DNA of 64,000 nucleotides, from contig PMOQ01000056.1 of NCBI GenBank assembly GCA_003161255.1, positions 25,599 through 89,598 on the forward strand, written 5' to 3'. Under the pieces are notes generated by a model. The model saw nothing but the letters and a program-made list of their open reading frames with translations, was not told where the DNA came from and ran no database searches. The DNA is from Acidimicrobiaceae bacterium. GTDB lineage: Bacteria > Actinomycetota > Acidimicrobiia > Acidimicrobiales > RAAP-2. Below, one piece after another: positions 36,383-48,452 of this stretch (positions are counted from its first letter, which is position 1; every line of letters begins with the position of its first letter). Position numbers and translations under genes: made by a program.

Positions 36383-36657
36383 GCTGGGGACCAAACCCCC
36401 TGAAACCTGTGAGTCCCGACCACTCCTCTGTGGAGAAGCCGATACTTTCCCCCAGGTGCTCGAGGGCCCGTCCACTTATCGCCTCGGTCGTCCCCGTTTC
36501 CTCCACGGGCGCCACCACCCGAATTCGTCGTCCGGCCAGCACGGCTGTCGGGTTCTCCACAATCCCCAGCTGTTACTACCACTACTAACAATTTCAATTT
36601 CTTCTCGTCATACAAGTTGTCGCACGGTGACCCAGGCCATGGAAAGGACCCGGATCA
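36383..36657. other. candidate oriC: dnaA-dnaN spacer with an inverted pair of TTCTCCACA boxes and an ~35% GC unwinding-type stretch
   Basis: TGTGGAGAA at 36429..36437 is the reverse of TTCTCCACA, and TTCTCCACA itself is at 36553..36561. The AT-rich tract TGTTACTACCACTACTAACAATTTCAATTTCTTCTCGTCATACAAGTTG lies at about 36571..36620. No ORF is present. Confidence 0.6.
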
Positions 36658-37773
36658 GTGAAGTTCCGCTCTGAACGAGATGCGTTGGTCGATGTGCTCT
36701 CGACTGTGGGTCGAGCTGTCGGTGGACGCGGCGTGTCGTCGGTTGTGCTTTCCGGCGTGCTACTGGTGTGTGAGGGAAACCGGCTGACCGGGACGGGAAC
36801 CGACCTCGATCTCACCATCCGTATGGAGCAGGAGGTCATCGGTCTAGAAGACGGCTCTTGTGTGATTCCGGCCCGGCTGGCCACCGAAATCGTTCGCTCC
36901 CTCGAAGCCGGCGCGGTGACCCTGGAAGCGGGGGAGGAGCGCGTTGAGATCTCGGCGGCACGTTCGCACTTCGAGCTGCGGACGTTTCCTGTCGTGGAGT
37001 TCCCGACGATGAACCACGCGACCGAAGCGGGTCACCGTCTGGGCGCTGCCCTTGTCGATGGGCTCCGCCAGGTGGTTCGGGCGGCATCCACCGACGATGC
37101 CCGGCCCCTGCTCACCGGCGTGCTCATGACGACCGAGGACGGTGTGGTCCGCCTCGTGGCCACCGACTCGTATCGGCTGGCGCTGCGTGACCTGCGCGAC
37201 ACCAAGGCCATTCCCGATGCGCCCGAGATCCTCGTCCCGGCACGCGCGCTGGCCGAGCTCCAGCGGCTCCCGGGCCTGGGCGGCGGTTCCGAAGAGGGCG
37301 AGGGTGGCGTGGATGTGACGGCCGGCAGCCATGAGATCACCTTCCGCGCCGGGCCGGTCGAGATACGGACCCGTCTTCTCGACGGCTCCTACCCCGACTA
37401 CCGCCAGCTGATCCCGAGCGAGTACCCGAACCGACTCCACGTCGGCAAGGAATCGCTGCTGGGTGCGTTGCGGCGGGTCCGGCTCTTGGTGCGGGACAAC
37501 ACGACCCCGGTGCGTCTCTCCATGCGGCAGGGCGGCGTCGATCTTTCGGTGGTTTCCCAGGAGGTGGGGGAGGCCAGCGAGACCGTCGACGGCGACTTCA
37601 CCGGCGAGGATCTCGTCATTGCGTTCAACCCCTCGTACCTGATCGACGGCGTCGAAGCGGTCGCAGACGACGAGGTGATCATCGAGACGGCGGACCCGAG
37701 TCGTCCGGCCACCGTTCGGGCAGCCGAGCGAGACGACTACCGATACCTGCTGATGCCCGTCCGGGTGTCGTGA
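36658..37773 (+). CDS. dnaN: DNA polymerase III beta sliding clamp
   Basis: 371 aa: (M)KFRSERDALVDVLSTVGRAV... It follows dnaA and has the three-domain length. Confidence 0.9.
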   Translation: MKFRSERDALVDVLSTVGRAVGGRGVSSVVLSGVLLVCEGNRLTGTGTDLDLTIRMEQEVIGLEDGSCVIPARLATEIVRSLEAGAVTLEAGEERVEISAARSHFELRTFPVVEFPTMNHATEAGHRLGAALVDGLRQVVRAASTDDARPLLTGVLMTTEDGVVRLVATDSYRLALRDLRDTKAIPDAPEILVPARALAELQRLPGLGGGSEEGEGGVDVTAGSHEITFRAGPVEIRTRLLDGSYPDYRQLIPSEYPNRLHVGKESLLGALRRVRLLVRDNTTPVRLSMRQGGVDLSVVSQEVGEASETVDGDFTGEDLVIAFNPSYLIDGVEAVADDEVIIETADPSRPATVRAAERDDYRYLLMPVRVS

Positions 37774-37782
37774 GCCGTTCCG

Positions 37783-38904
37783 GTGCAACCGGATCCGGCC
37801 ACCGACGAACCGAGCGCCGCTGCAGGGCTGGTTCTGACCCAACTCTCTATGAAGGACTTCAGGCTCTTCGCGGACGTTGTCCTCGAACCGTCAACTGAGG
37901 GCACGACGGTGCTCTCGGGACCGAACGGCAGCGGCAAGACGACCGTTCTCGAGGCAGTGGCATTCCTCGGGTCGCAACGATCGTTCCGCGGCGCACCACG
38001 CGACGCGATGATCCGAGGTGGTTGCGAGCGCGGCTATGTCCGTGGAGAGCTGGCCGACGAAGGGCGCAAGGTGACCGTCGAGACCGAGCTGACCCGGGGT
38101 CCGGGGGAGTCGCGCGCGCAGGTCAATCGCCAACGAGCCCGGCGGGCGGACCTGGCCGCCGCCGTGCCGGTGACGGTCTTCTCCCCGGACGACCTGGCGG
38201 TGGTCCAGGGAGGACCGTCTGCCCGTCGGAGCCTGCTCGACGACGCCCTGGCCAACTTGGATCGGCGCGCCGCCACGGCGGTCGAGGACACCGACCGGGC
38301 GCTCCGCCAGCGCGGCGCCCTCCTTCGCCAGGCCGGCGGACGCCGGTCGGCCGAGATCGAGGCGACGCTCGACGTATGGGACGAGCGGCTCGCGACGGCC
38401 GGGAGCTCGCTCGTCGCAGCGCGTCGGGCACTGCTCGACGAGCTGTCTCCGCTTGCCCAGGTCGCCTACGCCGCCCTCGCCGACGCGGCCGGGTCCTTTG
38501 ACGTCCACCTCCGTTACGAGCAGTCGTGGGAGGGCCCCTTCGACGTCGCGCTGGCCGAGCGAAGGCGAGAGGATCTGCGGAGGGGCGCGACGACGGCGGG
38601 ACCGCACCGCGACGACGTGGCGGTCGAGCTGGCCGGGCGCGATTCCCGGCTCCAGGCGTCCCAGGGCGAGCAGCGCTGCCTCGCGCTGGCGCTCCGTCTC
38701 GGTGTGCACCAGCTGTTGACCGAGCGGCTCGGCCGTCCGCCGATCCTGCTCCTCGACGACGTCTTCTCGGAGCTCGACCCCGATAGGAGCCGGGCGCTCG
38801 TCCGCGAGCTCCCCCGTGGCCAATCACTGTTGTCGACGGCGGTGCCGCTTCCGGACGGCATGGACGTCGCGCTGGTGCTCGACGTCCGGTCGCTCGGCTC
38901 ATGA
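37783..38904 (+). CDS. recF: DNA replication/repair protein RecF
   Basis: Walker A GPNGSGKTTVLEA, signature SQGEQRCLALALRL, Walker B ILLLDDVFSELD. Confidence 0.85.
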   Translation: MQPDPATDEPSAAAGLVLTQLSMKDFRLFADVVLEPSTEGTTVLSGPNGSGKTTVLEAVAFLGSQRSFRGAPRDAMIRGGCERGYVRGELADEGRKVTVETELTRGPGESRAQVNRQRARRADLAAAVPVTVFSPDDLAVVQGGPSARRSLLDDALANLDRRAATAVEDTDRALRQRGALLRQAGGRRSAEIEATLDVWDERLATAGSSLVAARRALLDELSPLAQVAYAALADAAGSFDVHLRYEQSWEGPFDVALAERRREDLRRGATTAGPHRDDVAVELAGRDSRLQASQGEQRCLALALRLGVHQLLTERLGRPPILLLDDVFSELDPDRSRALVRELPRGQSLLSTAVPLPDGMDVALVLDVRSLGS

Positions 38905-39224
38905 GCGCGGCGGGCGGGCCCGGCCGGAGCGACGACGGCCCCCGGCGGGTGAGCGAGACCCTCGACGAGGTGGTTCGGCGGATCGCCCCCCAGAGCGCCG
39001 GCGAGTTCGGTGCCGTCTTCGGTCGCTGGGAACTGATCGTCGGCCCGGCCATCGCGGCGCACGTCCGGCCCATCCGGATCACCGAAGAATCGCTCGTGGT
39101 TGCGGCCGATCACCCGGCCTGGGCGACCCAGGTGCGGGCCCTCGGCGCGGCGATCCTCACCCAGATCGGGGAGGCCACGGGCAAGGCCCCGGGTCGCCTC
39201 GAAGTCGTCGTCAGGCGGTCCTGA
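38901..39224 (+). CDS. DUF721 domain protein (DciA-like, Rv0004 position)
   Basis: 107 aa: ...WELIVGPAIAAHVRPIRITEESLVVAADHPAWATQVRALGAAIL. It lies between recF and gyrB, and its ATG overlaps the recF stop (ATGA). Confidence 0.75.
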   Translation: MSAAGGPGRSDDGPRRVSETLDEVVRRIAPQSAGEFGAVFGRWELIVGPAIAAHVRPIRITEESLVVAADHPAWATQVRALGAAILTQIGEATGKAPGRLEVVVRRS

Positions 39225-39437
39225 AAATCGACGCCGGCCCATCCGCTGGGCCCCGCCCGATCGGGGTCCTGACGTGGACATCTGTGGCCGCCGCCACGGC
39301 CTCGACCGGGCTCGGCGGAGCACCGATGCACGCCCGCGATCGAGTAGAATCTGAGGGGTCACCGGACGAGAAATCTCTCGTTCGTTGCGTCCCGAACGCG
39401 CGCCGACTCGGTTCTCCGAGGAGGGTCGCGCCCGTAG

Positions 39438-41384
<1,947 letters not shown>

Positions 41385-41397
41385 GGACCTTCACCAC

Positions 41398-43908
41398 ATG
41401 CCGCCGAAACGAACAACCCGAAGAACCTCGACCGACGGGCAGAGCACGAACGGGCACGGGCCCGACGAGGGCGGCGAGGTCCCGGTCCTCGGGTTCATCG
41501 AGCCCATCGAGATCCAAGAGGAGATGGAGCGCTCGTTCATCGAGTACTCCATGTCGGTCATCGTCTCCCGGGCCCTCCCCGACGTCCGTGACGGTCTGAA
41601 GCCGTCCCAGCGCCGGATCCTCTACTCGATGTTCGACCAGGGCCTGCGGCCGGACCGGCCGCACGTGAAGTGCGCCGAGGTGGTCGGGCGGGTCATGGGC
41701 GTGTACCACCCCCACGGGGACCAGGCCATCTACGACGCGTTGGTCCGCATGGTCCAGGAGTTCAGCATGCGACTCCCGCTGATCGACGGCCACGGGAACT
41801 TCGGCGGCACCGGGCCCGACGAGGGCCCGGCGGCCATGCGGTACACGGAGTGCCGGCTCGAGGCAGTGGCGCTCGAGCTCATGGCCGGCATCGACGAAGA
41901 GACCGTTGACTTCGTCCCCAACTACTCGAACTCGGCCGAGGAGCCGGTCGTCCTCCCGGCCCGCTTCCCCAACCTGTTGGTCAACGGCTCCCAGGGCATC
42001 GCGGTGGGCATGGCCACCAACATCCCGCCCCACAACCTGGGGGAGGTGATCGACGCCACGGTGCACCTGATCGACCACCCCGAGGCCACGCCTGACGACC
42101 TGATGAACTTCGTCAAGGGCCCCGACTTCCCCACCGGGGCGCTGATCCTCGGGCGCCAGGGGATCCTCGACTCGTTCCGCACGGGGCGCGGCTCGATTCG
42201 GATGCGCGCGGTGGCCGACATCGAGGAGGGTCGCTCGGGGACCACCATCGTCGTCACCGAGCTGCCCTACCAGACCTCGGTGGAGGTGGTCGAGCAGAAG
42301 ATCCACGATCTCGTTCGGGCCGGCGACCTCGACGGTATCGCGGAGGTTCAGAACGACTCGGCGGCCCGCAAGCCACGGCTGGTCGTCCGGTTGAAGCGGG
42401 ACGCCAACGCCAACGTCGTCCTCAACAAGCTGTACAAGCACACCCCGTTGCAGACCACGTTCGGGGTGAACACGCTCGCGCTCGTCGACGGCGTCCCGAG
42501 GACGCTCAACCTGGCCCAGATGCTCGGCCACTACGTGGCCCACCAGATCGAGGTCGTCACCCGCAGGACCGAGTACCAGCTGCGCAAGGCCAGGGCCCGG
42601 GCCCACATCGTCGAGGGGCTCTTGAAGGCGATCGACATGCTCGACGCCGTCATCGCGGCGATCCGCGGGTCGGCGGACCGGCCCGAGGCCAGGGTGGCGC
42701 TCATGGCCGAGCCGTTCTCCTTCAGCGAGGAGCAGGCCAACCACATCCTCGACATGCAGCTCGGCCGGCTCACCCGGCTCGGCCGCAGCGAGCTCGAGGA
42801 GGAGATGGCCAAGCTGCGGGCGACGATCGCGGAGCTCGAGGCAATCCTGGCCGACGACACCCGGCTGCGGGGGGTCATCAAGACCGAGCTCGGCGAGGTG
42901 CGGGACAAGTTCGCGGACGAACGCCGGAGCATCATCACCCACGACCCGGGCGAGATGGCGCTCGAGGACCTGATCACCGACCAGGAGATCGTGGTCACGA
43001 TGACGGCGGCCGGCTACGTGAAGGCGGTGCCGGCGACCGCGTTCCGGACCCAGGGCCGCGGCGGCCGGGGCGTGCAGGGGGCTCGGTTGAAGGAGGAGGA
43101 CCTCGTCACCCACGTGGTCCACACCTCGTCGCACGCGTACCTGCTCCTCTTCTCGGACCGCGGCCGGGTCTATCGGCTGCGCGGCCACGAGATCCCGACC
43201 AAGGAGCGCACGGCCAGGGGCAACGCGCTGGTGAACCTGCTGCCGCTCGAGACCGGCGAGATGATCCGGGCGATCGTCCAGACACGCGACTTCCCCGCCG
43301 ACCACTACCTGATGTTCGCGACCACACAGGGGCAGGTGAAGAAGACCGCCTTCAGCGAGTACGACAAGTCCCGTCGTGAGGGCTTCATCGCGATCAACCT
43401 GCGCGACGGGGACAGCCTCGTGCGCGTCGTCGCGACGAGCGGCAGCGACGACATGTTCGTGGTCACTCGCCAGGGCATGACGATCCGTTTCTCCGAAAAC
43501 GACGTTCGGGCGATGGGCCGCGACGCCGCCGGCGTCCGCGGTATCCGGCTCCGGGCCGGTGACGAGGTGGTCTCGTGCGACGTCGCAGCCGACGACGTCG
43601 ACATCTTGATGGTCACCGATGCCGGCTTCGGGAAGCGGACCAAGCTGGAACGCTTCAACAGCCAGGCCCGTGGCGGCCAGGGCGTCCGGGGGATCAAGCT
43701 CACCGCCCGGCGCGGCCGGGTGGTGGCAGCGTTCATGGTCCCCTACGAGGGGGACATCCTCCTGGTCTCCTCGGGCGGCGTCGTCATCCGCACGTCGGTT
43801 CGCGAGATCGCGTCCCAGGGCCGCGACGCGACCGGGGTCAGGGTGATGAACCTCGACGACGGGCAGGCGGTCGCGGCGGTCGCCCCGGTGGCTCCCGAGA
43901 TCGACTGA
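41398..43908 (+). CDS. gyrA: DNA gyrase subunit A (no intein)
   Basis: [38 protein letters not shown] (active-site Tyr), C-terminal beta-pinwheel repeats. 836 aa. Confidence 0.9.
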   Translation: MPPKRTTRRTSTDGQSTNGHGPDEGGEVPVLGFIEPIEIQEEMERSFIEYSMSVIVSRALPDVRDGLKPSQRRILYSMFDQGLRPDRPHVKCAEVVGRVMGVYHPHGDQAIYDALVRMVQEFSMRLPLIDGHGNFGGTGPDEGPAAMRYTECRLEAVALELMAGIDEETVDFVPNYSNSAEEPVVLPARFPNLLVNGSQGIAVGMATNIPPHNLGEVIDATVHLIDHPEATPDDLMNFVKGPDFPTGALILGRQGILDSFRTGRGSIRMRAVADIEEGRSGTTIVVTELPYQTSVEVVEQKIHDLVRAGDLDGIAEVQNDSAARKPRLVVRLKRDANANVVLNKLYKHTPLQTTFGVNTLALVDGVPRTLNLAQMLGHYVAHQIEVVTRRTEYQLRKARARAHIVEGLLKAIDMLDAVIAAIRGSADRPEARVALMAEPFSFSEEQANHILDMQLGRLTRLGRSELEEEMAKLRATIAELEAILADDTRLRGVIKTELGEVRDKFADERRSIITHDPGEMALEDLITDQEIVVTMTAAGYVKAVPATAFRTQGRGGRGVQGARLKEEDLVTHVVHTSSHAYLLLFSDRGRVYRLRGHEIPTKERTARGNALVNLLPLETGEMIRAIVQTRDFPADHYLMFATTQGQVKKTAFSEYDKSRREGFIAINLRDGDSLVRVVATSGSDDMFVVTRQGMTIRFSENDVRAMGRDAAGVRGIRLRAGDEVVSCDVAADDVDILMVTDAGFGKRTKLERFNSQARGGQGVRGIKLTARRGRVVAAFMVPYEGDILLVSSGGVVIRTSVREIASQGRDATGVRVMNLDDGQAVAAVAPVAPEID

Positions 43909-43918
43909 GGGTCTCGGC

Positions 43919-45013
43919 CTACTTGGTTGTGAACGTCATCGTGAACGGGGCCCCCGGGGGGACATAGGTCCCGATCACGTGCTTGTTGACCTGGACGGCC
44001 AGCCGGGCCGCGCTGGACCCGATCTGCACGGTGAGCTGGTGGTTGGCGGCGACCAGCTGCGACTGACCGCTCTGCAGGATCCCCGCGAAGACCGGGTTCG
44101 TGCTGAGCGGCCCGCTCACCGACACCCACGTCGGACCCCCGACCGCGCTGACTCGGACAACGAACAGCGGGGCGGTCACGTTGAAGCTGGCCTGACTTGC
44201 CGACGCCGACACCAGCTCCATGCCCGGCTTGGGAGGCGTGGTCGGTTTCGTTACGGCGGTGCCCTTGCCCGTCGCACCGGTGGTGCCCTTGGGCGCGCCC
44301 GCCGACGTCGCGCCGCCCTTGGTCGTATAGGGGAGGCGCAGATCGGCCAGCCACTGCGGATGCACCCGGTTGACGACCAGCCACGCGGTGCCGACCGCGA
44401 GCAGCAACACGACCACGACGACGAGGGCGCGGACCACCACCATGCCGAAGCCGTCGACCGGGGCCCGCTTGACCGCCGGGGTCACGCCCGTATCGGCCAT
44501 CACCATCGGCACCTGGGCGGTGGAGTTGTGGCGGCCCTCCATGATGGGAAGGTCGATCGATGTGTGTGGTGCGGTGCTGGTCGACACCGACAGGGGCACC
44601 GCTCGCGTCGACAGGTCGTCGGCCGCCGCCGGGAGGGTCCCGATCGCGGTCTCGGTGGAGCGGTTGCCGTTGGTCGGCTCGTCGTGCACGACCATCATCG
44701 GCATCCCGACGTTCGAGGTGTTGGGCCAGTGTTCGACCAGCGTCATCACGAACTGGTCGCCGGGGAGGTTCAAGAACCCGGCGTATCGGCTGAGGGCCTT
44801 CAGCATGGCGACGCGGTCGGGAAGACGGTCAACCGTTCCGGACTCGAGGTCATAGAGCTGGTCGAGCGGGATCCCGGTCTGGGCGCTGACCGCGTCGAGC
44901 TCCAGCCCGCGGGCGGCCCGGGCCTGGCGCAGGACTCTGGCGAGGTCGGGCACGGACGCGGGTCTGGGCGCGGCCCCCATGCGACGGACGGATCCGTCAC
45001 GGTGCAGGATCAC
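43919..45013 (-). CDS. RodZ-like protein: N-terminal helix-turn-helix, one TM segment, C-terminal DUF4115-like domain
   Basis: LARVLRQARAARGLELDAVSAQTGIPLDQLYDLESG (HTH_25-like), TM VVVRALVVVVVLLLAVGTAWLVV, then a beta-rich C-terminus. The start could instead be the internal ATG at 44980. Confidence 0.7.
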   Translation of the reverse strand: MILHRDGSVRRMGAAPRPASVPDLARVLRQARAARGLELDAVSAQTGIPLDQLYDLESGTVDRLPDRVAMLKALSRYAGFLNLPGDQFVMTLVEHWPNTSNVGMPMMVVHDEPTNGNRSTETAIGTLPAAADDLSTRAVPLSVSTSTAPHTSIDLPIMEGRHNSTAQVPMVMADTGVTPAVKRAPVDGFGMVVVRALVVVVVLLLAVGTAWLVVNRVHPQWLADLRLPYTTKGGATSAGAPKGTTGATGKGTAVTKPTTPPKPGMELVSASASQASFNVTAPLFVVRVSAVGGPTWVSVSGPLSTNPVFAGILQSGQSQLVAANHQLTVQIGSSAARLAVQVNKHVIGTYVPPGAPFTMTFTTK

Positions 45014-45175
45014 CGGTCACCTCGTTTTTCCCAGGCCCTGTCTCGTCTTGTCGACGTCGCCGACAGCGTACCTGTTGACCAGCCATTTTGTTCGGTCATC
45101 ACAACTGAGAACGATCGGAGGGGCCGGTTGTTAACGTCCGAACAGCCGCGCCGAGAGCGGGGAACCGGAGGGAAC

Positions 45176-46864
45176 GTGCCAGCCCACGCTCGCGACACGC
45201 CATCACCCGACGAAGGCCGGCCCGAACGGGCGGCGGACCTGCTCGTCCGCTGCCTCGAGGCCGAGGGCGTCCGGTGGATCTTCGGCATCCCGGGAGAAGA
45301 AACCCTCGATGTCTCAGAAGCGCTGGACCGGTCGTCGATCGAGTTCGTTCCGGTCCGCCACGAGCAGGCCGGGGCCTTCATGGCCGACGTTCAGGGGCGC
45401 CTGACCGGCCGGGCCGGGGTGTGTCTCGGCACGCTCGGCCCAGGCGCGACGAACCTCGTGACGGGCGTGGCCGACGCATTCTTGGACCGAGCGCCGCTCG
45501 TCGCCCTGACCGGCCAGAGCGGGCTCGAGCGGATGCACAAGGAGTCTCATCAGTACATCGACGTGGTGCGGCTGATGAGCCCCATCACGAAGTGGAACGC
45601 CCGCGTCTCGGGACCGGGCATCATCCCCGAGGCGGTCCGCAAGGCGTTCAAGGTTGCCGAGTCCGAGAAGCCGGGGGCGACGCACCTCGAGCTCCCCGAG
45701 GATGTCATGGCCGCCACGGCGCCGCTGTCCGCGTCGCCGCTTCCGCGCACCAGCGTGGTCCACCCCCGTCCGGCCGAATCGGACCTCGAACGGGCCGCCG
45801 CCTTGCTGCTCTCGGCGGACCATGCCGTCGTTCTCGCCGGCAACGGGGTGGTGCGGGGCATGGCCTGGGATGCGCTGCGGGAGTTCTCGGCCCGGACCGG
45901 GGTGCCGGTGGCGGAGACCTTCATGGGCAAGGGCCTCTTGGACGCGGACGACCCCCACGCCCTCGGCGCGGTCGGCCTCCAGGCCGGCGACTACCAGATG
46001 GCCGGATTCGACGTCGCCGACCTCGTGCTCGCGGTCGGCTACGACCTGGTCGAGCACGCGCCGAAGTATTGGAACCCCGAGCGCGACAAGCGGATCGTGT
46101 GCATCGACTCCTCGCCCGCCGAGATCGACGACCACTTCATCCCGGATGTCGAACTGGTCGGTGACATCGGCTTCACCCTTCGCACCCTGGCCGACCGGTG
46201 CCCGGGAGTCTTCGCCGAGGTGCGGGGCAACCGGCTCGCGGGGGTGGTGTCGACGACGCTGGCCGACGCCGCGGGGGACGACGCCTTCCCCATGCGCCCG
46301 CCGCGGATCCTCCTCGAGTTGCGCCGTGCCATGCGGCCGACCGATGTGCTCGTGTCCGACGTGGGGCTCCACAAACTGTGGATCGGCCGCATGTTCCCGG
46401 CCCACGAGCCCAACACCGTCCTCATCGCGAACGGCCTGGCCGGGATGGGCTTCGCCGTGCCGGCCGCCATCGGGGCGAAGCTGGTCCTCCCGGACCGTCG
46501 CGTCGTGGCGGTGTCGGGCGACGGCGGCTTCCTCATGAACGCCCAGGAGCTCGAGACGGCCAAGCGGATGCGAGCCCCCTTCGTGAACGTCGTCTGGGAG
46601 AACGGTCAGTTCGGCTCGATCGTGTGGAAGCAGGACCGCAAGTTCGGACGCCACTTCGGGACGGACTTCACCAACCCCGACTTCGTGGCCTTCGCCGAGT
46701 CCTTCGGCCTGCCGGCGGCCCGGGCCACGTCAGCCGGCCACTTCGCCGAGTGCCTCCGGCGGTTCCTCGAGCTCGACCTGCCGTCGCTGATCGTGGTCCC
46801 GGTCGACTACTCGATCGATGTTGCCATCTCGGCGGAGCTGGGTGAGGAGACCGCCCCCACCTGA
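45176..46864 (+). CDS. thiamine-pyrophosphate-binding enzyme, acetolactate synthase large-subunit family
   Basis: C-terminal 562 aa of track ORF 43979..46864. GTG 45176 preceded by GGAGGGA. LVRCLEAEGVRWIFGIPGEE, GPGATNLVTGVADAFLDRAPLVALTGQ, and the TPP motif SGDGGFLMNAQELET. Confidence 0.85.
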   Translation: MPAHARDTPSPDEGRPERAADLLVRCLEAEGVRWIFGIPGEETLDVSEALDRSSIEFVPVRHEQAGAFMADVQGRLTGRAGVCLGTLGPGATNLVTGVADAFLDRAPLVALTGQSGLERMHKESHQYIDVVRLMSPITKWNARVSGPGIIPEAVRKAFKVAESEKPGATHLELPEDVMAATAPLSASPLPRTSVVHPRPAESDLERAAALLLSADHAVVLAGNGVVRGMAWDALREFSARTGVPVAETFMGKGLLDADDPHALGAVGLQAGDYQMAGFDVADLVLAVGYDLVEHAPKYWNPERDKRIVCIDSSPAEIDDHFIPDVELVGDIGFTLRTLADRCPGVFAEVRGNRLAGVVSTTLADAAGDDAFPMRPPRILLELRRAMRPTDVLVSDVGLHKLWIGRMFPAHEPNTVLIANGLAGMGFAVPAAIGAKLVLPDRRVVAVSGDGGFLMNAQELETAKRMRAPFVNVVWENGQFGSIVWKQDRKFGRHFGTDFTNPDFVAFAESFGLPAARATSAGHFAECLRRFLELDLPSLIVVPVDYSIDVAISAELGEETAPT

Positions 46865-46882
46865 AGCGTCCTCGGAGAAAGC

Positions 46883-47713
46883 TCAGCCGGGCCGGCAGAG
46901 CACCTCGCCATGGGTCACCGAGAACCAGCCGTCCGGCTCGTCGGCCCATCGCAGCCATGCCCGCCCGATCTCGTCCAGCTCTCCCTGGTCGGCCAGCCCC
47001 AGCTCGCGGACCCGCTCGGCCAACGTGGTGACCGTGATGCGCTCGGCCCAGGTGTCGGCCCACCAGCGCCGGTCTTCGGGGGTGGCGAAGCACCACGCGG
47101 AGGCCGATGCCGACACGTCGGCAAGGCGAGCGGCCCGGGCCCAGGCGAGGAGCCGCCGGCCGGCGTCGGGCTCACCCCCGTTCGCCCGGGCGGTCTGGCG
47201 GTACAGGTCGAGCCACCGGTCGAGCTCTGGGTAGTCCGGATACCAGGTCATCGACTCGTAGTCACCGTCGCGCGCCGCCACCAGCCCATCGGGCCGGCAG
47301 ACCCGAGCCATCTCCACCAGCGCCGCCACCGGGTCGTCCAGGTGCTGGAGGACCTGGTGCGCGTGCACGACGTCGAATGCGTGGTCGTCGAAGCGCAGCG
47401 CGTAGAGGTCGCCGGTCTCGAAGGACACCGGGGTCGTCTCGTCGATCAGGCGCCGGGCAGACCCGACGGCATCCTCGGAGCGGTCGATGCCGATGACCGT
47501 TCCGGGTGCGACCCGCCGGGCCAGGTCCACGGTAATGGTGCCGGGCCCGCAGCCGATGTCGAGCAGCGACGCGCCCGCCGTCAGGTGGGGGAGGAGATAG
47601 CCGGCCGAGTTCTCCGCGGTCCTCCACCGGTGCGAGCGCAGCACGCTCTCGTGGTGGCCGTGGGTGTAGCGATGCCCGGTGCCCTCCTCCGATTCGACCG
47701 GCTCACTCTCCAC
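46883..47713 (-). CDS. class I SAM-dependent methyltransferase
   Basis: [19 protein letters not shown]...[11 protein letters not shown] (motifs I/II). 276 aa. The start overlaps the upstream gene by 11 nt. Confidence 0.8.
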   Translation of the reverse strand: MESEPVESEEGTGHRYTHGHHESVLRSHRWRTAENSAGYLLPHLTAGASLLDIGCGPGTITVDLARRVAPGTVIGIDRSEDAVGSARRLIDETTPVSFETGDLYALRFDDHAFDVVHAHQVLQHLDDPVAALVEMARVCRPDGLVAARDGDYESMTWYPDYPELDRWLDLYRQTARANGGEPDAGRRLLAWARAARLADVSASASAWCFATPEDRRWWADTWAERITVTTLAERVRELGLADQGELDEIGRAWLRWADEPDGWFSVTHGEVLCRPG

Positions 47714-48062
47714 CGGAGAAACGCTCCCACGCGGACTGCCTCGTCATCCCCAGCGCCTCGCCGATGCGCGCCCAGGTGGCGCCGCACCCGCGCGCCTTCC
47801 GGACCCACTGCGCGAGGTTCTGTTCCACCTGTGCCCCGGCCGCCGCGACGTTGCGCAGAAGGGTCAGGAGCTCGTCCAACGGCATGTCGGTGTCCCAGGG
47901 CAGCCCCAGGTTGGGCGCCCCGAACTCGGTGGCCAGGATGTCGGCGCAAAGCGAGACGCACTCATTGCAGATGTAGACCCCCGGACCGCTGATCAACTTT
48001 GAGACATCGGTGCTGGGTTTCCCGCAGAACGAGCAATTGGCAATGGCGACGGCGGTCGGCAT
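47703..48062 (-). CDS. stand-alone ClpX-type C4 zinc-ribbon protein with a C-terminal HTH-like segment
   Basis: [39 protein letters not shown] has CxxC-18-CxxC with residues matching the ClpX N-terminal zinc-binding domain. C-terminus: [28 protein letters not shown] lies 8 nt upstream of ATG 48062. Confidence 0.7.
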   Translation of the reverse strand: MPTAVAIANCSFCGKPSTDVSKLISGPGVYICNECVSLCADILATEFGAPNLGLPWDTDMPLDELLTLLRNVAAAGAQVEQNLAQWVRKARGCGATWARIGEALGMTRQSAWERFSGGE

Positions 48063-48267
48063 GGAGGGCACCTCCTGTGTCAGGGAGCACCTTACAGGGT
48101 GTCAGGTGGATCCTGACGAAATTCGGAAGATCCTCCGGCGGCGAACCCGCTCGAGGTCGGCCCACAGAGCCCGGGCCACCGCGATGGCGAGGGCAACGAT
48201 CGGGCAGTAACGGAGCCGCCGGCGTTGGGTGCGCCGGGGGTTGCAACTGACCGATGACCCAAAATTT

Positions 48268-48354
48268 TGGTGGGCGAGGGGGGACTTGAACCCCCACATC
48301 CTTTCGGACACAGGAACCTGAATCCTGCGCGTCTGCCTATTCCGCCACTCGCCC
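48268..48354 (-). tRNA. tRNA-Leu (anticodon CAG), CCA encoded
   Basis: Acceptor GGGCGAG/CTCGCCC, anticodon stem CAGGA/TCCTG with loop TTCAGGT, a long variable arm, T arm GGGGG-TTCAAGT-CCCCC, 3-prime ACCA. Confidence 0.85.
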
Positions 48355-48452
48355 CGGAGCGGCTCAGGCTACTCAAGGCCGGGTGGCCACTCCACCCTCC
48401 GACCAGGAAAAGCGGGAATGTCGCAGCCGTTCTTGTGCGTGCGGCCGGTAAC

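Noticed and set aside
39345-39350. TAGAAT hexamer ~95 nt upstream of gyrB as its -10 box
   Set aside because: It is plausible, being a good TANNNT in a 220-nt spacer followed by a small stem at about 39367..39382. A single hexamer is not sufficient evidence without a mapped transcription start, so it is not listed as a feature.
43979-46864. 961-aa plus-strand ORF
   Set aside because: The N-terminal ~400 codons are antisense to the RodZ-like gene. The recognisable TPP enzyme begins at GTG 45176, behind a GGAGGGA ribosome-binding site.
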